Below, piece by piece: positions 20,767 to 29,190 of a DNA stretch of 64,000 bases (position 1 is the stretch's first letter; every line of letters begins with the position of its first letter). A model generated the notes under the pieces. That model did no database searches. It had not been told where the DNA came from and worked only from the letters and a program-made list of their open reading frames with translations. Position numbers and translations under genes: made by a program. The stretch lies in assembly GCA_041660605.1 (NCBI GenBank), contig JBAZWB010000001.1, forward strand, positions 201,295-265,294. Direction: 5' to 3'. Source of the DNA: Patescibacteria group bacterium (GTDB lineage Bacteria; Patescibacteriota; Patescibacteriia; UBA10025; JAHIVO01).

Positions 20767-22200
20767 ATGGAAGAAATTCTTAAATATGTTCAAAACCAAC
20801 TTGTTCAGGCGCCTTTCCGTCTTAGATCCTACATCCAGGATGAGCAAGGTAAAAAATATCCCCAAAGAAATATTTACGTTAAAATCGATAAGTACTTTTT
20901 GGATTTTTTGCATAATCCAAGCGCTCGAGACCGCTGGATTGTAATTCCGGGACTCCGTGGCGTTGGTAAAACCACAATTCTCGCACAGCTTTTTTTAAAC
21001 CACTATCAAGAAGCTGGCGATCGGAGAATGCTTTATGTCTCATTAGATGAAGTTGTAAATGTAATTGGCTCGTCGCTGAAAGATGTCCTGAGTGCATATG
21101 AAAAAATAATTGGTGAAAGTTTTGAAAAGCTCACAAGACCGGTTTTTATTTTTATTGATGAAGCACAATATGATCCTAAGTGGGCATCGGTATTAAAGTC
21201 GGTGTATGACCGGTCAAATAAAGTCTTTGTTGCATGTAGCGGTTCATCGGCCGTTTCCCTGCAGACTAACCCTGATGTTATCCGGCGATCCATTTTCGAA
21301 AAGCTCTTCCCGACCAGCTTTTCTGAATTCTTAATGATTCGTGACAATAAGTTTCCGGTTACGGGTCTTAAGAAAAACATAAAAGACGCTTTATTCAACG
21401 CCGACTCCGCTAAAGACGCTTATGAAAAGCTAAAAAGATGCGAACAAAGCGTAGTGAGCGCCTGGTCATCTATAGATCGCCATTATGTTGATGAATATTT
21501 AAAAATCGGCACTTTACCGTTTGCTATCCGGATTAAAGACGAAGTACGAGTGTACCAAACCATTACTTTGTTATTAGATAAAGTAATCAATCAAGACGTG
21601 CAGGGCTTGGGTCGTTTTGATACCAAAACACTCGTCCATATCAAAAGGGTATTGTTTTTGTTAGCCGAATCCGACGTGGTGAGTATTCAAAAACTCGCCA
21701 AGACGCTTGGGACCAGCATAAACACTATTTCTAATATTCTTGAAGTGTTGGAGCAGGCGGAGTTGCTGATTCGCATTATGCCTTATGGTTCGAATGCAAA
21801 AAAAGTCAGGAAGCCGTCACGCTATCAATTCATGTCTAGCGCAATGCGCTCGGCATTTCTTTCCGTTGCCGGCAACGAACAGATTTTTGCCGGTCAGAAA
21901 GGCCGGCTTATGGAGGATATCGTCGCGATGACCTTGTATCGGGAATTCGTAGCCAATAGCCGCGGTGCATTAAATTATGACAGTTCAAGAGCTGGCGCTG
22001 ATTTCATTCTGACCATTGCCGGTAAAAATATTATTCCAATTGAAGTTGGCATGGGTGAAAAGCTGGGCACGCAAGTGCGAAGCACGATGAAAAAAGTCGG
22101 ATCAGCCAGGTATGGCGTAGTAATTTGCCGTAACACGCTCACATTGCTAGAGGATGCGAATGTAGTTAAAGTCCCACTGGATTTCTTTCTCTTAATATAA
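20767..22200 (+). CDS. AAA_14-type ATPase with DUF4143-like C-terminal domain
   Basis: GLRGVGKTT, FIDEAQ, SGS, a wHTH region, and a C-terminal E....ADF....IPIEV nuclease-like motif. Confidence 0.85.
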   Translation: MEEILKYVQNQLVQAPFRLRSYIQDEQGKKYPQRNIYVKIDKYFLDFLHNPSARDRWIVIPGLRGVGKTTILAQLFLNHYQEAGDRRMLYVSLDEVVNVIGSSLKDVLSAYEKIIGESFEKLTRPVFIFIDEAQYDPKWASVLKSVYDRSNKVFVACSGSSAVSLQTNPDVIRRSIFEKLFPTSFSEFLMIRDNKFPVTGLKKNIKDALFNADSAKDAYEKLKRCEQSVVSAWSSIDRHYVDEYLKIGTLPFAIRIKDEVRVYQTITLLLDKVINQDVQGLGRFDTKTLVHIKRVLFLLAESDVVSIQKLAKTLGTSINTISNILEVLEQAELLIRIMPYGSNAKKVRKPSRYQFMSSAMRSAFLSVAGNEQIFAGQKGRLMEDIVAMTLYREFVANSRGALNYDSSRAGADFILTIAGKNIIPIEVGMGEKLGTQVRSTMKKVGSARYGVVICRNTLTLLEDANVVKVPLDFFLLI

Positions 22201-22222
22201 GCAGGTATTACTAAAATAGGCA

Positions 22223-22261
22223 TGAAAAAAATTAATCCTGATTGGTATAAATAGGGATTAA
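22223..22261 (+). repeat. 39-bp imperfect direct repeat, copy 2; also a hairpin between convergent genes
   Basis: Matches 20437-20475; contains the inverted repeat aaaattaatcc/ggattaatttt. Confidence 0.7.
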
Positions 22262-22280
22262 TTTTAGTATTGATAGGTCG

Positions 22281-22625
22281 CTACTGAAGGGCGTCAAAGC
22301 ATTTGGCACAGAAATATTTTTTTGTGCCGGTTTTTGATTCTCCCAGGTACGCCTGGCTGCCTTTCGCTATCTCGTTATGGCAGCGCTCGCAGGCCGTGTC
22401 CTTGGCGAGGATGATTTTCTGGTAGTGCAGCATGTTACCGCTGCTTTTTTCCTCGTTACCGAAAATATCCTGTTTAATGTCTTTGAAAATTTCGTAACTG
22501 TCGTTCAGCGTTTTTCTCACCAGGCTGGATAAAGATTCGCTTTCTTCTTTCGCTTTGGCTTTCAGCTTGCGGTAGGTTTCTTTGGAAACCCGGATGTTGA
22601 TAATGTATTCCTTGTTGTTGTCCAT
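22281..22625 (-). CDS. Ribbon-helix-helix protein with a C-terminal CxxC...CxxC zinc ribbon
   Basis: INIRVSKETYRKLKAKAKEESESLSSLVR; CERC...CAKC. Confidence 0.75.
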   Translation of the reverse strand: MDNNKEYIINIRVSKETYRKLKAKAKEESESLSSLVRKTLNDSYEIFKDIKQDIFGNEEKSSGNMLHYQKIILAKDTACERCHNEIAKGSQAYLGESKTGTKKYFCAKCFDALQ

Positions 22626-22660
22626 ATTATTTATATTAATGATTTAATGTTGCAGTTGTG

Positions 22661-24079
22661 TTATTTTTGTTGGGTGCCGTCAAACGGCGTTTTTACCGCG
22701 GCGGCAATGCGTGAGAGCGCAGCCAGCGGATTTTCCAGAAAACTGACGATCATTTCCGGCGTCCGTCCGGCTTCCCGGCTGAGAGCATAAGCCAGCCGCA
22801 GCCAGTCGCCGTTGGTTATGTTTTTAATGGTTTCCTTGATAGCCTGCCTTTTTAGCTCCACTCCGACTATGTCCAAGGTGGTCTGCTCCGGCAGGTAGGT
22901 GCGGGCCAAGCCGTCCAGCACCAGGTTGGTCCGGCCGAAAGTCGTTAAAAAAAGTGGAAATTTTATCCTGTGCTTGATCATTATTTTGGTAAATTCCATG
23001 AACCAGAAGCCCAGGCCCTCGTTCTGCGATTGCTCCAGGTAAATTTCCAGGTCTGGTTTTAATGTGGCGGCATATTTCCCGTAGCTGACGCCGGTCATCT
23101 GCGTGGCGATTCTGACGGTTCTTTCTATGTCTCTCAGATAAACGGCGATGATGAGGCTTTTGCACATCTCTATTTCCTTTCTGGACAATTCGGATACCAG
23201 GCCGCAATCGATGTTGGCGACGTCGCCGTGCGGCAGTGCCATGACGTTGGAAAGGTGTGGATCTCCCTGGAACAGGTAAGTGGGAATGTCGTCGCGGAAC
23301 CAGTTGCGCATGGCCGCGTTAATGTAGGTTTTCAGGCTTTTCTCAATGTCGTAGTCGGGGTTGGCCAGGATCTCGTCTTTCCGGCTCATGGGTATGCCGT
23401 CAACAAAATCCATGACCACGACGTTTTCCGTACACAGATTTTCGTGCGGCGCCATGAAGACTCCCTTGCCCAGGTCGCTGCGAAAATTAACGGCTCCGAA
23501 ATCGTACTGCTCCCTGATCCTCCTCATGTTCTTCGCCTCCAGGACGAAGTTCAGGTCTTGCCTGATCCAGCTTTCAAACTGGCCGACCAGCTCAGTGATC
23601 TGCACGTGGCGCAGGGTAGGGGAGAACAGGGCAGCGACGCGTGACAGTATTTTTAATATTTTTATGTCCTCGAGGAATTTATCATCAACGCCCGGACGTT
23701 TGACTTTAACGGCCACCACCGAGCCATCCGGCAGTACGGCTTTGTGAACCTGGCTGACCGAGGCTGAACCCAGAGGCACGGCTTCAAGCACGCGAAAAAC
23801 TTCGCGCCAGGGGCGTCCGTATTCTTTTTTAATAATTTCTACGATGTTGTTAAATTCAATCGGCTTGACCCGGTCCAGCAGTTCCTGCAATGATTCGCAG
23901 TCTTTCCGGGAAAGCAAATCATACCTCATGGAAAGGATCTGGCCGATTTTGATGAACGTCAGTCCCAGTTCCTCAAAGGCTATCTTCAGGCGCCTGCCGA
24001 AGTTTTGTCGGCGCGCAGAAGTGAATCCGTAAAAAACGGTATATTTGGATAATATCCAACAGATTTGGATTATTCGCAT
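22661..24079 (-). CDS. AarF/UbiB (ABC1) atypical kinase
   Basis: LG.TFIKIGQILS.R.DLL, LGSASVSQVH, VAVKV.RP, GDPH..N. Confidence 0.9.
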   Translation of the reverse strand: MRIIQICWILSKYTVFYGFTSARRQNFGRRLKIAFEELGLTFIKIGQILSMRYDLLSRKDCESLQELLDRVKPIEFNNIVEIIKKEYGRPWREVFRVLEAVPLGSASVSQVHKAVLPDGSVVAVKVKRPGVDDKFLEDIKILKILSRVAALFSPTLRHVQITELVGQFESWIRQDLNFVLEAKNMRRIREQYDFGAVNFRSDLGKGVFMAPHENLCTENVVVMDFVDGIPMSRKDEILANPDYDIEKSLKTYINAAMRNWFRDDIPTYLFQGDPHLSNVMALPHGDVANIDCGLVSELSRKEIEMCKSLIIAVYLRDIERTVRIATQMTGVSYGKYAATLKPDLEIYLEQSQNEGLGFWFMEFTKIMIKHRIKFPLFLTTFGRTNLVLDGLARTYLPEQTTLDIVGVELKRQAIKETIKNITNGDWLRLAYALSREAGRTPEMIVSFLENPLAALSRIAAAVKTPFDGTQQK

Positions 24080-24090
24080 ATAGTTAAAAT

Positions 24091-24129
24091 TTGTATTACA
24101 ATTGTATTACAAATGTTTATGCAAGTCAA
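24091..24129 (-). promoter_or_regulatory. sigma70 promoter with a tandem near-palindromic operator
   Basis: Minus strand TTGACT-17-TACAAT; ttgtattacaa occurs twice (24091-24112) over the -10 element. Confidence 0.7.
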
Positions 24130-24336
24130 GCTATATTCTGCAGTACAAGAAAAACATCCTCAACTAAAGACTGGTCTACCTCCTGGTGGGGGGTTAATGG
24201 TTGAATGATTTCCTTCAGAGCTTGCAAAAATACTGAATCTTAGCTAAAATCTAAGTGTTTTTTACGTTTGATCGAGGTTTCAACAAACAACTACCATATT
24301 ATAAAATCGCTAAGTAAGGTTTGAATCCTTACATTT

Positions 24337-27300
24337 TTGCTTCAGGTTATACATTTTCTTAAAATAATGAAGACAATATTTAAGCCAATTCCCATAATGA
24401 GCTTGAACACCCATTTATTGATGATAGTGCTTGGTATTGTTGTATCAGAGGTTTTGTATTTGTCACATACAATTTCGCTGCCGATCAGCCACCGAATAAT
24501 AGAAGGGGGGCATGAATATTTATCACCCATTTTAATCAGCTTAGGTATTTTATTGCTTCTTTTCTACTTAGTTAAAAGGGATTTTTTTAAAAGATCAATT
24601 ATTATATTAAAAAGTGGACGATGGGAATTATTAATCCCAATTGCTTTTGGAATTATTATCAGTGTGTCCTTTGGTGGGGTTGGTACGAAAATATATTCCG
24701 CAATTGCATCGTCACTCAACATCTTCCAGCTAATTATTTTTACTTCACTACCCTTCATTGTCGTACTTCTGATTCTTTTGAGTGGTCTAAATGAATATAT
24801 TTGGCACTATAAAAGGGGAAATCAAACTGCACCATTCTTTATTAGTGATGAGGAAAAAGAGGAACTAGAGGATGATCAGCTAGGGTATTCTAAACTTTCA
24901 GAAAAATTCGCTGACAGAATATTAAACCGAGGATCAGTAGATAGCTTGGTTTTTGGTATTGACGCTCCTTGGGGAGTTGGGAAGTCTACCTTCATTAATT
25001 TTTGTATACAATATTGGAAAAAGTCCGAAAACACACAACCAATTATCTATAAATTCAATCCCATCAGGTATGAAGATAAAAATAAACTCATAGAGAAGTT
25101 TGTGGATGGGTTAATCCGAAGTATTCAGAAAGAGATATTTTTGCCAGAAATCAAACCCCTTCTATCCAGGTATACGTATTTATTTAGAAAAACAAAGGCT
25201 ACCTTCTCTTTTTTTGGTATTAATGTCGAATTGTTTTCTAGTGGATACACAGCGGATGACGCATTAGAGGATCTGAAATTGGTACTTAACGGATTTAATA
25301 GAAAAATAATTATTATTGTTGATGACTTGGATAGACTTAACTTTTCTACCATTAAAGATGTTCTATTTGCAATAAATAAGAGTTTTGCACTACCCAATAT
25401 CTCATATGTTTTATGTTATGATACGGCAAACATTAATGCCTTAGAAAAAGAAAAACCTGAAATTGAGAAAATAAGTGAGTTTTTTGAAAAATTTGTAAAC
25501 ATTAAAATAAATCTTTATATTGATAGCGATAAACTCAAAAACTTTATTTCCGAAAGTCAAATCTCTCTTCAAAGTCATAACCCCCAAGTAGACCCCCTTC
25601 TTGTCGGGCAAGCAATGGGGGGGCTAAAAGACATTTTCAACTCAAACGAATACTATAATTATTCACCTTTCATTGGAGATATTAGAAAGTTAAAGCGATT
25701 AATGAATACCGTGATGTTATTGGAAATAGAAAAAACTGATTTTAAAAATAGTGACTTCAACAAAGAAGACCTGGCCCACCTTTTACTCCTATATATTAAT
25801 TACCCAAATATATTTAGAAAAGTATACTACACAGAGACACAGGGAAGAAGAGGATTCTTTTCTGCAGTAACCCCATTTGATATGGCAGACTACCCTAAGG
25901 AAAATGGAAGATCGCCATTTGATGAAAAAGAATTTAAAAATTCTATAAAGTATACAGAGTATATTAAAAGTCTATCATCCATTGAACAACGATTCTTGTT
26001 AAATAAAATTTTTAATGTGGCTGCAAGGCTTCCAAGTGGGGCACGAATTGATGGGATTACGGAAGAGATAAAAAAATCTTATGCATGCTTTAATGGCAGC
26101 CCCTTTTCAGGTAGTGGGAACAACTTGGAAGAGTATCTTAACCTTATTGTTAACCAGTCTAAACCACAAAAAGAAATTCAATATAGATTTTACTTAAATA
26201 AGATCAATGAAATTAAACAAGGAACGCCAATTGATCGGATACTAGCAGAACAAGAATTCGCAATCGAAAAAGGCGAAATGTGCCAGGAGCATCTTTGGAG
26301 AGCAATTCTTAACAGCCTATACGAATTTAACGGAGAAACAGGAAGGCAATTAATAACGTATGTTTTGACGAATATCCACCATTATTCATTCTTTACCAAT
26401 AAAAAGATTGGAGTCGGTTTTAGGGACGACTTAAGTTTATACCTGGTAAAAATGCTAGACACTGATGGCTGGGTTGACCAAAACGGTGGTCATCGTAGGA
26501 ATGACAACAACAATATCAAAGAGATTGCTGAATGGGTCTTTGGTGAGGGAAGGCATGCCAATGATGGAGTTATTCAGACGCTATCCAGTGAAGACAGGGG
26601 CGTGCTCGGGCTTTACGATTTACTTTGTTTTAGACTCTTTTGTAGCGCCGATCGGGGCGGAGATATTTTTAATGTAAGTCGAGCCATCGCATTGCATGGG
26701 GATCCTAAAGCTCCAACTGATGGCCCAACAAAGGACATTGCAGTTGAGGAAATGAGAGAAATTTCGCAGAAGGTATTTCAAATTTTCAACAAACAATATA
26801 TAGACACAAATACTAATATACTTAAACAAATTGACGAACTAAAGCTATCAGATATTACGGGTAGATACGATAGTCTTATACAAACAAAGATCCAGGCTGG
26901 GGAGATTGAAGATGTTGATGCCACAGTTGGTCGTCACATAACCCAGATAAAATCCTTTACTGTCTATCAGTTGGGTAATTCCGAAATTTTTTCGGGTATT
27001 GGTTGTGGTTATTATGACCCAGAAGGACAAGACGATGACCAGGGGATAAAAAAACTCATCAATGACTACCTATTTAATATTTGTTTTAACCCAAGCTTTG
27101 ATAGTGAAAATTATAAGAGGTTTTTGGATTATTTGCTTATTCATTTTGCTAATGTATCTGAACGTGACGGGCATGGGTATATCCCCCATATCAATGAATT
27201 CACCAAAGTTTTAATAAAAGAGAGGCTGGCCCAGTATTGGACTAACAACAATATTGCGATCAAAGAACTGAATCTTACTCAACAAGATAAAAAAATTTAC

Positions 27301-27375
27301 CAAGCCAATTATGTTGCCAATTATAATACTGATTTACAACTAGTGTTTAATGAACTTGATAAGCTTCTTGTTTAG
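24337..27375 (+). CDS. KAP-family P-loop NTPase with N-terminal TM helices (alternative start ATG 24367)
   Basis: D.LG, FGIDAPWGVGKS, FNP, IIVDDLDR, EKFV, IRKLKR; AT-rich relative to neighbours. Confidence 0.88.
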   Translation: MLQVIHFLKIMKTIFKPIPIMSLNTHLLMIVLGIVVSEVLYLSHTISLPISHRIIEGGHEYLSPILISLGILLLLFYLVKRDFFKRSIIILKSGRWELLIPIAFGIIISVSFGGVGTKIYSAIASSLNIFQLIIFTSLPFIVVLLILLSGLNEYIWHYKRGNQTAPFFISDEEKEELEDDQLGYSKLSEKFADRILNRGSVDSLVFGIDAPWGVGKSTFINFCIQYWKKSENTQPIIYKFNPIRYEDKNKLIEKFVDGLIRSIQKEIFLPEIKPLLSRYTYLFRKTKATFSFFGINVELFSSGYTADDALEDLKLVLNGFNRKIIIIVDDLDRLNFSTIKDVLFAINKSFALPNISYVLCYDTANINALEKEKPEIEKISEFFEKFVNIKINLYIDSDKLKNFISESQISLQSHNPQVDPLLVGQAMGGLKDIFNSNEYYNYSPFIGDIRKLKRLMNTVMLLEIEKTDFKNSDFNKEDLAHLLLLYINYPNIFRKVYYTETQGRRGFFSAVTPFDMADYPKENGRSPFDEKEFKNSIKYTEYIKSLSSIEQRFLLNKIFNVAARLPSGARIDGITEEIKKSYACFNGSPFSGSGNNLEEYLNLIVNQSKPQKEIQYRFYLNKINEIKQGTPIDRILAEQEFAIEKGEMCQEHLWRAILNSLYEFNGETGRQLITYVLTNIHHYSFFTNKKIGVGFRDDLSLYLVKMLDTDGWVDQNGGHRRNDNNNIKEIAEWVFGEGRHANDGVIQTLSSEDRGVLGLYDLLCFRLFCSADRGGDIFNVSRAIALHGDPKAPTDGPTKDIAVEEMREISQKVFQIFNKQYIDTNTNILKQIDELKLSDITGRYDSLIQTKIQAGEIEDVDATVGRHITQIKSFTVYQLGNSEIFSGIGCGYYDPEGQDDDQGIKKLINDYLFNICFNPSFDSENYKRFLDYLLIHFANVSERDGHGYIPHINEFTKVLIKERLAQYWTNNNIAIKELNLTQQDKKIYQANYVANYNTDLQLVFNELDKLLV

Positions 27376-27529
27376 CTGAAAGTTTTAGGAGATACCAGAA
27401 AGGTGGGCTAGTGTTCTCATAAACTTATGAAGTAGCTCAAAAGTGAGTTTTGAGTGATCAGGACGTACCAATAAGTAAAACCATTTAATTATGGAAAGTG
27501 ATTTTTTTGTGCCTAGATTATTATTCCCC

Positions 27530-27569
27530 TTGACACCCACCTCACCCTGTGATATCATAGTGATATCAT
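27530..27569 (+). promoter_or_regulatory. sigma70 promoter with tandem TGATATCA operator
   Basis: TTGACA-17-TATCAT with extended TG; gtgatatcat at 27549-58 and 27560-69. Confidence 0.75.
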
Positions 27570-27589
27570 TATAATTAACCAATAAAAAC

Positions 27590-28459
27590 ATGACTTCCGA
27601 ACGCGTAACTATGCACCAGCCAGGCATTAAAATGGCTGTGATATTGTTCATTTTACTTGTAATTTGGGTGGGCATATTAATGTGGGCGGGCGTGGCTGAA
27701 AACCCCGTCGTTATAACCGTCGCTACTATTTTAATGCTAGCAACGCTGTTTTGCTGCCGCGGGTTTATCATTGTCAATCCGAACCAAGCGGTAGTGGTCC
27801 AGCTTTTCGGCAAGTATGTCGGCTCCGTCAAGCAGAACGGTTTTTGGTGGGTGAATCCGTTTACCAACCGTAAAATGTTTTCACTCCGAATACACAATTT
27901 CGAAACCGGCAAACTGAAAGTCAATGACCATGACGGCAATCCCATTGAAATCGCGGCCGTGGTTGTCTGGAACGTAATGGATACGGCCGAAGCGGCTTTT
28001 AACGTGGAGGATTACAAAGATTTCGTGCGTGTGCAGAGCGAATCGGCCGTGCGCAATCTGGCCACCTCATTTCCTTATGACGCCCATGATGATGGGAAGC
28101 AATCTCTCCGAAGCAATACCAATGAGATTGCCGGCGAGCTGAAAAAAGAAATTCAGGATCGTTTGTCCAAGGCCGGCATTGAAGTGATAGAGGCGCGCAT
28201 CAGCCACCTGGCTTACGCGCCGGAAATAGCCAGCGCCATGTTAAGGCGGCAGCAGGCGAATGCCATCATCGCCGCGCGACAGCTGATTGTCAAAGGCGCG
28301 GTCAGCATGGTGGAAATGGCGCTGCAGCAGCTGGAAGAATCGAAGATGGTCAAGCTGGATGACGAGAGAAAAGCTTCTATGGTTTCCAATTTACTGGTAG
28401 TCCTGACCAGCGACCGTGACGCGCAGCCAGTGGTCAATACCGGCTCGCTTTACCAATAA
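27590..28459 (+). CDS. SPFH/band 7 membrane protein
   Basis: Two TM helices, [41 protein letters not shown]. Confidence 0.92.
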   Translation: MTSERVTMHQPGIKMAVILFILLVIWVGILMWAGVAENPVVITVATILMLATLFCCRGFIIVNPNQAVVVQLFGKYVGSVKQNGFWWVNPFTNRKMFSLRIHNFETGKLKVNDHDGNPIEIAAVVVWNVMDTAEAAFNVEDYKDFVRVQSESAVRNLATSFPYDAHDDGKQSLRSNTNEIAGELKKEIQDRLSKAGIEVIEARISHLAYAPEIASAMLRRQQANAIIAARQLIVKGAVSMVEMALQQLEESKMVKLDDERKASMVSNLLVVLTSDRDAQPVVNTGSLYQ

Positions 28460-28461
28460 TA

Positions 28462-28626
28462 ATGACGGAAAAAAATAAATCAAAACGTTTTCTGCTGCGG
28501 CTGGATGCAGAGGTCTACGATTCCCTGCAGCGGCTGGCGCGCGACGAGTTCCGCAGCGTCAACGGTTTGATTGAATGGATGATTGCGGATGCGTTGAGGA
28601 AGAGGGGACGGTTTAAGAGTAGGTAG
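28462..28626 (+). CDS. Arc-like ribbon-helix-helix DNA-binding protein (54 aa, absent from the ORF track)
   Basis: KRFLLRLDAEVYDSLQRLARDEFRSVNGLIEWMIADALRKRGR; typical partner downstream of this SPFH family. Confidence 0.85.
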   Translation: MTEKNKSKRFLLRLDAEVYDSLQRLARDEFRSVNGLIEWMIADALRKRGRFKSR

Positions 28627-28668
28627 TAAGTTGTAAGTAGTGTGTTGTTGGTTGTAGGTGGTAGGTAG
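28624..28668. repeat. Degenerate heptamer tandem repeat
   Basis: tagtaag ttgtaag tagtgtg ttgttgg ttgtagg tggtagg. Confidence 0.6.
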
Positions 28669-29083
28669 CTCTGAGCGAAGGCCCCTGCCTGCGCTCCAAT
28701 CCAAATATAAAAAGACGTCCGTATAAAAAAGCGGGCGTTTTTTAAATTGTAAAATATTCACTTTATAATATTACCAGGTCAAGGGTTAGGTAGCTCTTGA
28801 CATTTCCAAATCCTGATGCTAGTATATTAAGAATAAAAAATGATGCTCAAAAATTGAGATGGAGTTAATGAAATGTTTCCTGACAGCGGATTTAATGAAG
28901 TACTTTCCCGGCTACGGAATAAGGTACAGCCAGAAACCTCTTCTCGCGGTCCTGCCACTGCACAGGAAAGTCAGAATGTCCGAGAGGGCTTCCAACTTTT
29001 TGCTCTTTATCTTATTGAGGTGATCGATGGAACAGGCGTTGTAGTAAGTTAGTGGATATTATCCAATAACAAAACTAAACGTC

Positions 29084-29112
29084 AGCGGGCAAGGTTACTT
29101 GGCCGCTTTTTT
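29084..29112 (+). terminator. Intrinsic terminator
   Basis: agcgg-gcaaggttacttgg-ccgct followed by a T run. Confidence 0.55.
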
Positions 29113-29190
29113 GAATAGCAAAAGCAGGTTTGACAAAGACCTTTTTTTAAGCTATAATTAGGTAAGAATATTTACAAAACCAAAACAAAA

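Noticed and set aside
27455-27470. Possible tRNA 3'-end (att) scar ggacgtacca after the KAP gene
   Set aside because: Too short, with no matching tRNA or second copy in the window.
27385-27945. 186-aa minus-strand ORF, and the many similar antisense or off-frame ORFs such as 1883-2488, 8782-9360, 46480-47289 and 57304-58104
   Set aside because: They shadow well-supported genes and have no motifs of their own.
28480-28761. Minus-strand ORF with TTYN repeats
   Set aside because: It results from the heptamer repeat and is antisense to the real Arc-like gene.
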